IMG/VR virus record: IMGVR_UViG_3300012007_000017 | Coordinates: 46,154-66,153 of that record | DNA: 20,000 bases | Reading direction: 5' to 3' (one strand) | Origin: an uncultured virus (IMG/VR IMGVR_UViG_3300012007_000017) | Taxonomy: Duplodnaviria; Heunggongvirae; Uroviricota; Caudoviricetes | Shown here: piece after piece, positions 8,036 through 15,929 of the stretch | How positions within the stretch are numbered: the stretch's first letter is position 1 | Layout: every line of letters starts with the position of its first letter | Program-made: the position numbers and the translations under genes | Notes under the pieces: generated by a model | Database searches by the model: none | What the model saw: only the letters and a program-made list of their open reading frames with translations | Told to the model about the DNA's origin: nothing

Positions 8036-8777
8036 ACTGCTTATATTTTCGGCAGGTGCAGTCATCGGAGCGGTGATTTCTGCGGTTGCGACTAAGAAAA
8101 TTCTGCAGAAAAAGTACTGGGATGAGTTCGATCGGGAGCTTAATGAGCAATCTCTGCGGCATAAGGACGACATGAAGGCGCTCAAAGAGGAAAACGCTGA
8201 GCTTAGAGATAAGATTTCCCAGCAGAATGTAGCAATTCAGACCCTCGCGGACCAGATTTCGGGCAAAAAGTGCGTTAATGAGGGCGGATTAGCTGCTGAT
8301 AGCGATGCGGAGGAGGACCGATCGAAGGCTAATGGAGTCCAAAACAGCGTTGAAGGAGAGGCTGAAGCAGGCAGACGGCGATATTCTGGCGCCTTTGACG
8401 AGGAAAATGACGGGATTGAGGATGATATTCCGGGAGAAGACGGGTATTTTTCAGAGGAAGAAGTCGAAACAGAAGAGCTCATAGTGATGGCGGACAAGAT
8501 CCAGCGCATTGATGAGACCGATTTCGACACAACTTGCTTCGATTACAGTAAGGAAGAGCTCACATATTACACTCGTGACGGTAAAATGGTGACCGAAGAT
8601 GGCGAGTGGATGGAAAGATATCCTGAATTTGTGGGTGATTTCTGGACCGGAGACGTCAATAATGGCGATGTTATATTTGTGAGGAACAATTACTACAACG
8701 CCGACTACATGATCACCGTGAAAGCTGACTTCGGAGAGAACTTTATTACCTGTTCTGATAGTGAATGGGAGGACTAA
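8016..8777 (+). CDS. Membrane-anchored coiled-coil/acidic phage protein
   Basis: AGAAAGGAG RBS at 8001-8009 favours ATG 8016 over 7944. N-terminal TM helix, coiled coil, acidic linker and C-terminal LTYY..D...VG...VRN domain. Confidence 0.8.
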   Translation: MNVKLCKLLIFSAGAVIGAVISAVATKKILQKKYWDEFDRELNEQSLRHKDDMKALKEENAELRDKISQQNVAIQTLADQISGKKCVNEGGLAADSDAEEDRSKANGVQNSVEGEAEAGRRRYSGAFDEENDGIEDDIPGEDGYFSEEEVETEELIVMADKIQRIDETDFDTTCFDYSKEELTYYTRDGKMVTEDGEWMERYPEFVGDFWTGDVNNGDVIFVRNNYYNADYMITVKADFGENFITCSDSEWED

Positions 8778-9338
8778 GTGGATAAAGTTGAAGTTCAGAA
8801 AGACTATTATATTTGGCTGAAAGGGATCTCTGAGCTTGGCGAAAAATACTCTATGTTGTGCGATAAACTGCACAGAACGCCATTTGTATGGATTATCGAC
8901 ATGGATGCAAACAGGGCTTCGGACGGTAAAACACTCAGATATTTGTACACTTGTGAACGTAATTTCGATAACGAAGAGCGGGAAAAAGCGGAAGAATATC
9001 TGAGTGGACCGTGCTCTTTGCTGGAGTTTTTGGTAGCTTTAGCCAGGCGAATTGAGGTCGATATTATGGCCGAAGGCGGCATCGATGACCGTACTGGAGA
9101 GTGGTTTTGGGACATGATTAGCAATCTCGGACTACTCAAATTTGATGATAAACACTATAACGAGAACCAGGTTGATTATATTTTGAACCGGTTTATGAGC
9201 CGAAAATACAAGGAAAATGGGGACGGAAACATCTTCAAAAACGTGAAAATAGGCCGGGACAAGGGTGGGCCACTTTTCAGGGATTTGGAGGTGTGGTCGC
9301 AGGCTCAAGCATATTTGGTGGACAAAATTGGATTATGA
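8778..9338 (+). CDS. Conserved phage hypothetical protein preceding the replication module
   Basis: GGAGG RBS and GTG start. Contains YYIWL, FVW....D.NRA.DG..LR, PCSLLEFLVALARR and WFWDMISNLGL. Confidence 0.85.
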   Translation: MDKVEVQKDYYIWLKGISELGEKYSMLCDKLHRTPFVWIIDMDANRASDGKTLRYLYTCERNFDNEEREKAEEYLSGPCSLLEFLVALARRIEVDIMAEGGIDDRTGEWFWDMISNLGLLKFDDKHYNENQVDYILNRFMSRKYKENGDGNIFKNVKIGRDKGGPLFRDLEVWSQAQAYLVDKIGL

Positions 9339-9612
9339 AGGGCGAAAAACCCCAAAAATAGCCTCAGGGTGGGCCACTTTTACCTGGGGTGGGCCACTTT
9401 TGGCCCACTTTTTCGAAACAAAAATGGCCCACCTTTTTGCACAAAAATGGCACTTTTTGCACAAAAATGGCACTTTTTTGGCACTTTTTTGCACATTTAA
9501 GGGGGGTGGGCCACTTTGCCCACTTTTTTTTCTACCTTTATATAGAAAAAATTAACATATATAAAAAGTTGTTTGAGGCCCAATTTGTCCCGCCCATTTG
9601 GCCCAATTTTTC
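9263..9612. repeat. Iteron-like repeat cluster with an AT-rich segment; probable replication origin
   Basis: GGGTGGGCCACTTT at 9263, 9367, 9387 and 9504. Tandem 20-mer CTTTTTGCACAAAAATGGCA at 9433 and 9453. Many GCCCACTTT/GGCACTTT/GGCCCAATTT variants, and an AT-rich stretch at about 9524-9568. Confidence 0.75.
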
Positions 9613-9639
9613 ATCAAATTAGGAGGTACGAAATGAACG

Positions 9640-12600
9640 ATGCTTGACTTTATAAAAATTAAAACCAAGGTAAACAAGGACGCCTCCATCGAAGTTTCAC
9701 CTGATTATATTTGCAACAAGAAAGTCAGCGATGTAATGATTCGTGGCGGAGCTTTCTATGCTATCTGGGACGAAGCGCTCGGACTCTGGTCTACAGATGA
9801 GCACGACGTCTTTAGGCTGGTTGACAACGAACTCTGGCATAAGGTCGAGGAGTTGAAGCAGAAGTACGGAACGGATCGTAATTATATTGTCAAGACCATG
9901 TCCGAATTCTCTACCAGCAAACTCACCGACTGGAAGAAGTATCTTAAGGCTAGTCCAGACCTCTATCACGAATTGGATAGTACTGTAACTTTCCGTGATG
10001 ACGAGGTTGCCAAGGAAGACTATGTAAGTAAGCGCTTGCCTTATTCATTGTCTAACGGTCCAACACCTTGCTATGATACTCTGATGAATACATTATATTC
10101 TGAGGAGGAGAGAGACAAGATTGAGTGGGCTGTTGGTTCTATATTGACTGGCGACTCTCGTAAGATACAGAAGTTCCTTGTCCTGTACGGTGAAGGAGGT
10201 ATCGGTAAGGGAACAGTTCTGAGAATAGTGGAGGCTATATTTCAGGGCTATACAATTTCCTTTAACGCAAAGTCTCTTACGTCAAGTAATAACCAGTTTG
10301 CCTTATCTCAGTTTAGGTCAAATCCTTTGGTCGCTATTCAGTTTGACGGCAAGCTTAACAGAATTGAAGACAATACGCTCTTAAATAGCCTTGTTGCTCA
10401 TGAACCCATGACTGTAAACGAGAAGTATAAAGCTCAGTATGATGCTTGCTTCTCGACTTTTTTATTTATGGGTACCAACAGTCCGGTGGCTATTACGGAT
10501 GCTAAGTCTGGATTGATCAGAAGGCTTATTGATGTTCAGCCAACTGGTAAACTTCTTCAGCATGATGTTTATGACAGAGCCACGAACGGAGTTAAGTTTG
10601 AACTTGGCGCTATTGCTCAGCATTGTATCGACAGGTATAAGGAAATGGGCATTAGTTATTATGACAAGTACAAACCGACCAGCATGTTCAGCGCTACCAA
10701 TGACATGTATAACTTTGTCTATGATAATTATGACGAGTTCAATGCAGAAAATTATATTACTCTTAAACATGCCTGGACTCTGTACAAGGATTATGTGGAA
10801 GAAGCCAAGCTGTCATATCCTATGAGTCTTCGAGTCTTTAAATCGGAACTAGCTAACTATTTCGAAAAGTTTACCGAGAGAGCCAGAGTCGGTAACGGAG
10901 AACGCATTCGCAATGTCTATCAAGGATTTAAAACCGACAAGTTTCAGATTCGAGAAGACTTTGTGGATGATTATATTCCCATTGAAGAGCTTGAGGCTAA
11001 GGAAGCAGAAGCTGAGAAGGTAACAATGCCCTTCGATTGGCTCAATCTGGACAAGACAGAGAGTTCTCTTGATTATATTCTTGCAGACTGTCCTGCTCAG
11101 TATGCTAAAGAAGATGGAACTCCTGAGAAGCCATGGGACAGAGTTACTACGAAGCTTAGGGATTTGGATACGTCCAAGGTTCATTACATTTTGTTACCCG
11201 ACGGGCATATCATTATCGACCTTGATCTTAAGGACGAAGATGGCAACAAATCCATGAAGCTTAACCTGGAGTATGCCAAGAAGTTCCCTCCGACTTATGC
11301 TGAGTTCAGTAAAAGCGGAGGCGGTATCCATTTGCATTATGTTTATGACGGAGATGTTAATGCGTTACGCCGTATGTATGATGACAATGTGGAAATCAAG
11401 GTGTACAGAGGAAATGCATCGCTCAGAAGGAGGCTGAGTTATTGCAACGATGTTCCGATTGCTACTATCAGCAGCGGACTGCCAACGAAAGGAGACACCA
11501 CAACTATGCTTAATGTTGACAGCATTAAGAGTGAGGCGCAGTTGCGGAGTCTGATTAAGAACTGTTTGGCGAAGAAACATCACGGACACACAACGCCTGA
11601 GGTTAATTATATTTTCTCAGAGCTGGAGAAAGCCTATAACAATGGCGTGTCTTATGATGTTACTGACCTGCGCCCCAAAATCAGGTCTTTTGCGCTTAAC
11701 AGCCATAATCAGCCCAAACAGTGTATGCGCCTTGTAGGCAAGATGAAGTTCAAATCCAAGGACTTCGAAGAGAAAGACCTGAATCCTGAAGTACGGACAT
11801 TGCCTGAGAGCTGGGTCAAAGCTGTGATCAAGGATCATGACCAGCCTGACGATTACGAAGAAGCCAAAGCGAAAGAAGATTCTTCTAAACCCCTTGTTAT
11901 ATTTGACATTGAGGTTTTCCAGAATCTTCTTTTAATTTGCTGGAAAAAACTCGGCAAGGAAAATCCTGTAATGACCATGATTAATCCTACGCCTCAGGAA
12001 GTTTCTGACTTTGTGGAGAAGTACAGACTCATTGGCTTCAACTGCAGAGGATACGATAATCATATTTTGTATGCTCGTATTCTTGGCAATGATAATATGG
12101 CTATCTACAAGGTATCTCAGAGTATTATCAACAACACTTTCAATGGCTATGGTCCTGCCTACAGAATTTCTGAAGCTGATATTTATGATATTTGCAAGAA
12201 GAAACAGGGCTTGAAGAAGTGGGAGATTGAGCTCGCTGAGAAAGGTCTATTGGTGCATCACCAGGAGCTTGGCTTCAGATGGGATGAGCCGGTCCCTGAA
12301 GATCAGTGGGGTGTTGTTGCTGAGTATTGTGCCAACGACGTTATCGCTACAGAAGCCGTTTGGGATGCGAATCAGGAAGACGTTAAGGCTCGTATGGCTC
12401 TGGCTAAGATTAGCGGTTTGAGCATCAATGAGCGTAACAGAGCGCATGCGGCACGGATTATATTTGGGAACAATAAGAATCCTAAGCTTGTCTATACTAA
12501 ATTGGCTACAGGTGAAAGAAGCGATGGAACCATGGACATCGCTTGCTTCCCTGGCTATGAGTACAGGTCGGAAGGCTTTGATCATGATGATTATATTTCC

Positions 12601-13743
12601 AAAGTAATCACTGGTAAGTCAATGTATAAGAAGCACGACCCGGGAGAAGGCGGCTTTGTGTATGCTGAACCCGGCATTCACAGGAATGTTGCTCTCTTAG
12701 ATATTGCTTCAATGCATCCGTCGAGCATTATTGCTCTGAATCTCTTTGGGGAATACACTCAGAGATTCAAGGAGATAGTTGATGCTCGTCTGGCTATTAA
12801 GCACAGAGATACTGAGAAGCTCAAGACTCTGCTTGGTGGCGCTCTTATGGATGCTATAGGAAGCGACGAGGACATGGATATTTTGTCTGATGCGCTAAAG
12901 CTGGTAATCAACAGTGTCTATGGCTTTACCACAGCTACGTTTGATAATCCTTTTAAGGATCCCAGAAATATCGATAATATTGTTGCTAAGCGCGGTGCCT
13001 TATTTATGGTTGACCTCAAAGAGGAAGTCCAGAAGAGAGGCTACACGGTTGCTCATATTAAGACAGATTCTATCAAGATCCCGAATGCTACGCCTGAGAT
13101 TATTGAGTTCGTCATGGAGTTCGGCAAGAAGTATGGCTATAACTTTGAGCATGAAGCCACATATGAAAAGATGTGCCTCATGAACGATGCTGTTTATATT
13201 GCCAAGTACGACATGAAAGGGCAGCGTAACAAAGGCGGAAAGCATGCTGGAGAATGGACAGCAACAGGAAAGCAGTTTCAGGTTCCTTATGTATTCAAGA
13301 GCTTGTTCAGTCATGAGCCTATCGAGTTCAAGGATCTTTGTGAAACAAGATCGGTGTCGACCGCGATGTATCTTGACATGAATGAACAGCTTAAGGACGG
13401 CGAACACAATTATATTTTCGTTGGTAGAGTTGGTCAGTTCTGTCCTATTAAGCCTGGTTGCGGTGGCGGAGAATTACTTAGAGAAAGCAAAGAGCGTGAC
13501 AAATTTAGCGCTGTTGGAGGCACTAAGGAATTCAGATGGCTTGAGTCCGAAACGGTTAAGACTTTGGGAAAAGAAGTTGATATCGATCGGGAATATTACA
13601 AGCGGCTTGTTGACAGAGCTGTAGAAGATATTTCTAAACTTGGGGACTTTGAGTCCTTTGTATCGGAAGGCGTTGATGATTATGTCAGCGCCGTTCCTTT
13701 TATGAACGCACCGGAGACTAACGATGATGAAGTCCCGTTCTAA
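9640..13743 (+). CDS. Fused SF3 (D5-like) helicase / AEP primase / 3'-5' exonuclease / family-B-type DNA polymerase
   Basis: Helicase: Walker A GEGGIGKGT (about 10189) and motif C FMGTN. Primase: IIDLD (about 11218) and SKSGGGIHLHY. Exonuclease: FDIE, GFN..YD, YCANDV. PolB motifs: DIASMHPS, KLVINSVYG, KTDS. Confidence 0.9.
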   Translation: MLDFIKIKTKVNKDASIEVSPDYICNKKVSDVMIRGGAFYAIWDEALGLWSTDEHDVFRLVDNELWHKVEELKQKYGTDRNYIVKTMSEFSTSKLTDWKKYLKASPDLYHELDSTVTFRDDEVAKEDYVSKRLPYSLSNGPTPCYDTLMNTLYSEEERDKIEWAVGSILTGDSRKIQKFLVLYGEGGIGKGTVLRIVEAIFQGYTISFNAKSLTSSNNQFALSQFRSNPLVAIQFDGKLNRIEDNTLLNSLVAHEPMTVNEKYKAQYDACFSTFLFMGTNSPVAITDAKSGLIRRLIDVQPTGKLLQHDVYDRATNGVKFELGAIAQHCIDRYKEMGISYYDKYKPTSMFSATNDMYNFVYDNYDEFNAENYITLKHAWTLYKDYVEEAKLSYPMSLRVFKSELANYFEKFTERARVGNGERIRNVYQGFKTDKFQIREDFVDDYIPIEELEAKEAEAEKVTMPFDWLNLDKTESSLDYILADCPAQYAKEDGTPEKPWDRVTTKLRDLDTSKVHYILLPDGHIIIDLDLKDEDGNKSMKLNLEYAKKFPPTYAEFSKSGGGIHLHYVYDGDVNALRRMYDDNVEIKVYRGNASLRRRLSYCNDVPIATISSGLPTKGDTTTMLNVDSIKSEAQLRSLIKNCLAKKHHGHTTPEVNYIFSELEKAYNNGVSYDVTDLRPKIRSFALNSHNQPKQCMRLVGKMKFKSKDFEEKDLNPEVRTLPESWVKAVIKDHDQPDDYEEAKAKEDSSKPLVIFDIEVFQNLLLICWKKLGKENPVMTMINPTPQEVSDFVEKYRLIGFNCRGYDNHILYARILGNDNMAIYKVSQSIINNTFNGYGPAYRISEADIYDICKKKQGLKKWEIELAEKGLLVHHQELGFRWDEPVPEDQWGVVAEYCANDVIATEAVWDANQEDVKARMALAKISGLSINERNRAHAARIIFGNNKNPKLVYTKLATGERSDGTMDIACFPGYEYRSEGFDHDDYISKVITGKSMYKKHDPGEGGFVYAEPGIHRNVALLDIASMHPSSIIALNLFGEYTQRFKEIVDARLAIKHRDTEKLKTLLGGALMDAIGSDEDMDILSDALKLVINSVYGFTTATFDNPFKDPRNIDNIVAKRGALFMVDLKEEVQKRGYTVAHIKTDSIKIPNATPEIIEFVMEFGKKYGYNFEHEATYEKMCLMNDAVYIAKYDMKGQRNKGGKHAGEWTATGKQFQVPYVFKSLFSHEPIEFKDLCETRSVSTAMYLDMNEQLKDGEHNYIFVGRVGQFCPIKPGCGGGELLRESKERDKFSAVGGTKEFRWLESETVKTLGKEVDIDREYYKRLVDRAVEDISKLGDFESFVSEGVDDYVSAVPFMNAPETNDDEVPF

Positions 13744-13773
13744 TGATTATATTTCTAGAAAAGGAGAAAGATT

Positions 13774-14316
13774 ATGCCTAATTTGACTGTTAACAATAAG
13801 GACAACACTATTGCGTTTAACAATGCAGATTTGGGAAGAGGCGGTTGGAGTAATTTCTCAGGCAGACCTTTGCCTTGGGATCCTACCAACACCAAGCGCA
13901 CCTTCACTATATTTCTTACAGAAGAAGAGTACAAAAGGCTCAAAGATCTCGGCTGGAACGTTAAAGAGCGTGAGCCTAAGAACGCCTCCGAGCCTTCCAC
14001 ATATCATCTCAAAGTCACCGTGAACTACGAAGTATCCAGAAAGCTCCAGCCTCGCATCTGGTTGGTAAGAAATTCTGGAGATCCTGTCCTGCTTGAGCCT
14101 GAAGATCTGTTTCAGCTTGATGATGAGGATACGATCATCACCAGAGCCAAAGTCCAGATCAGAGCTTATGATTGGGAATGGGGAACAGGTAAGAACGCTA
14201 GAAAGGGTCGTAAGGCTATGCTCAAACAGATGTTTATCACTATTGAGCAGGAACACGATGATTTCGGTGCTGAGTTCTTCAACCGTGACGAAGAAGAGAT
14301 GCCATTCGAGGAGTGA
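13774..14316 (+). CDS. Putative single-stranded DNA-binding protein
   Basis: AAAGGAG RBS, position between polymerase and helicase, beta-rich aromatic core and acidic C-terminal tail (DEEEMPFEE). Confidence 0.7.
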   Translation: MPNLTVNNKDNTIAFNNADLGRGGWSNFSGRPLPWDPTNTKRTFTIFLTEEEYKRLKDLGWNVKEREPKNASEPSTYHLKVTVNYEVSRKLQPRIWLVRNSGDPVLLEPEDLFQLDDEDTIITRAKVQIRAYDWEWGTGKNARKGRKAMLKQMFITIEQEHDDFGAEFFNRDEEEMPFEE

Positions 14317-14344
14317 TTATATTCTAGGAGTGATTATATTCTAG
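14311..14344 (+). repeat. Perfect 17-bp tandem duplication (GAGTGATTATATTCTAG x2)
   Basis: Copies at 14311-14327 and 14328-14344 span the SSB stop codon and the whole gap to the helicase ATG. Confidence 0.95.
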
Positions 14345-15547
14345 ATGAGCTTTGAATTAAGAGAACACCAAAAAGCCGCACTCAAAAAGATGCGGAATGG
14401 TTGTATTCTGAATGGTTCTGTCGGCTCTGGTAAGTCTCTTACATCGCTCGCGTATTATTATATTTACATTTGTGGAGGTTCTTTGGAAACTTGGACAATC
14501 AAGAAACCAAAGGACCTCTATATTATTACGACTGCGATGAAGCGAGACCGTAAAGAATGGCCTGTTGAGCTCATACAGTTTGGCTTGCTTGAAGGCGCTA
14601 ACGACAACGGAATTAACGTAAAGGTCGATAGCTGGAACAATATCGGCAAGTACGTCCAAGCCAGTGGCGCCTTCTTTATATTTGATGAACAGCGAGTAGT
14701 CGGCAAAGGGGCATGGGTTAAAGCCTTTCTCTCCATTACTAAGAAGAATGAGTGGATTCTTTTGTCTGCTACTCCTGGTGATAATTTCATGGATTATTGT
14801 CCTGTTTTTATTGCTAATGGCTTTTATAGGAATCGAACCGACTTCATTAAGCAACATGTGATTCCTAAGCCATATGTCAAGTATTGGGCTGTGGACCGCT
14901 ATGTGAATGTGAGGAAATTATATTATTACAGAGACAAGATTCTCGTGCCTATGGATTTTGAGAGGAACATAGAGTATCACCATATGGACGTGATTGCTCC
15001 ATATTCATCGTCACTCTACAAGACTGTTCTTAGAGACCGATGGCATATTTACGAGAACCGTCCCGTAATTAACGCCAGTGAGCTGTGCTATCTGCTAAGA
15101 AGAATAGTTAATAGCGATGAGCGAAGGCTGAATATGGTTTCGGACTTGCTTGACACGCATCAGAAGGCGATTATATTTTTCAACTTCACTTATGAGGCCA
15201 ATCTGCTGACCAGACTGTGCAACACAAAAGGAATAGCTGTCGCTAAATGGGATGGCGAAAAGCACGAGCAGATACCCAAAGCAGAACGATGGGCTTACCT
15301 CGTTCAGTACGCAGCAGGCGACAGTGGATGGAACTGCACAGAGACAGACACAATTATATTTTACAGCCAAAACTATTCGTACAAATCAACCGTTCAGGCA
15401 GCAGGACGAATTGATAGATTGAACTCTCCGTTCTCAGACTTATATTACTATCACATTCGTTCTCACGCAGGAATAGACAACGCAATACATCGTGCACTCA
15501 AACAGAAGAAGAAATTTAATGAGAGATCCTTCTGTGGATCTTTGTAG
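14345..15547 (+). CDS. Superfamily 2 (SNF2/DEAD-like) helicase
   Basis: Q motif LREHQ, Walker A GSVGSGKS, Walker B IFDEQ, motif III SATP, motif VI QAAGRIDR. Confidence 0.9.
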   Translation: MSFELREHQKAALKKMRNGCILNGSVGSGKSLTSLAYYYIYICGGSLETWTIKKPKDLYIITTAMKRDRKEWPVELIQFGLLEGANDNGINVKVDSWNNIGKYVQASGAFFIFDEQRVVGKGAWVKAFLSITKKNEWILLSATPGDNFMDYCPVFIANGFYRNRTDFIKQHVIPKPYVKYWAVDRYVNVRKLYYYRDKILVPMDFERNIEYHHMDVIAPYSSSLYKTVLRDRWHIYENRPVINASELCYLLRRIVNSDERRLNMVSDLLDTHQKAIIFFNFTYEANLLTRLCNTKGIAVAKWDGEKHEQIPKAERWAYLVQYAAGDSGWNCTETDTIIFYSQNYSYKSTVQAAGRIDRLNSPFSDLYYYHIRSHAGIDNAIHRALKQKKKFNERSFCGSL

Positions 15548-15558
15548 GTGTGCACATT

Positions 15559-15577
15559 TTACAATCATTGTAATAGA
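15559..15577 (+). promoter_or_regulatory. Putative phage-specific promoter/operator, copy 3 (TTACA-ATCAT-TGTAATAGA)
   Basis: Intergenic, upstream of the nuclease-RNAP gene block. Its core TTACAAT-C-ATTGTAA is a perfect inverted repeat. Confidence 0.55.
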
Positions 15578-15627
15578 GAGGAAGAAACGATATACATGAC
15601 ACATCGTTCCGGCCTCTTTTTTCTTTT
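15575..15627 (+). terminator. Terminator-like hairpin after the helicase gene
   Basis: AGAGG..AACGAT / ATCGTT..CCTCT interrupted stem, followed by TTTTTCTTTT. Confidence 0.55.
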
Positions 15628-15638
15628 GGAGAAGAAAC

Positions 15639-15929
15639 ATGCTTGAAAGTAAATTCAAGACGAAACTTATCAAAGAAATAAAAGTCAGACTTCCAGGTTC
15701 TTTTGTTTTTCATCTAGATCCTTCAGAAAGGCAAGGCGTACCTGACTTAATTGTTTTGTACAAAGACAAGTGGGCTGTCCTTGAAGGAAAGAGAAAGTCT
15801 AAGGCAACGCATCAGCCTAATCAGGATTTCTATGTATGGCTGTTCAATGAGATGTCGTTCGCCAGGATTATATTTCCAGAAAACGCTAAGGAGGTACTAG
15901 ATGAAATGGAACGAGCATTATCGGCTTAA
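15639..15929 (+). CDS. VRR-NUC domain nuclease (probable Holliday junction resolvase)
   Basis: MLES.F...LIKE, GVPDL, LEGK, and PNQ..Y...F..M.FA. Confidence 0.85.
   Translation: MLESKFKTKLIKEIKVRLPGSFVFHLDPSERQGVPDLIVLYKDKWAVLEGKRKSKATHQPNQDFYVWLFNEMSFARIIFPENAKEVLDEMERALSA

Noticed and set aside
9263..9612. Possible CRISPR array
   Set aside because: Repeats are only 14-20 bp, abut or are irregularly spaced, and lack unique spacers of constant length. Iterons fit better.
9265..9622. Track ORFs 9265..9555 and 9389..9622
   Set aside because: Low-complexity translations of the repeat cluster with no convincing RBS.
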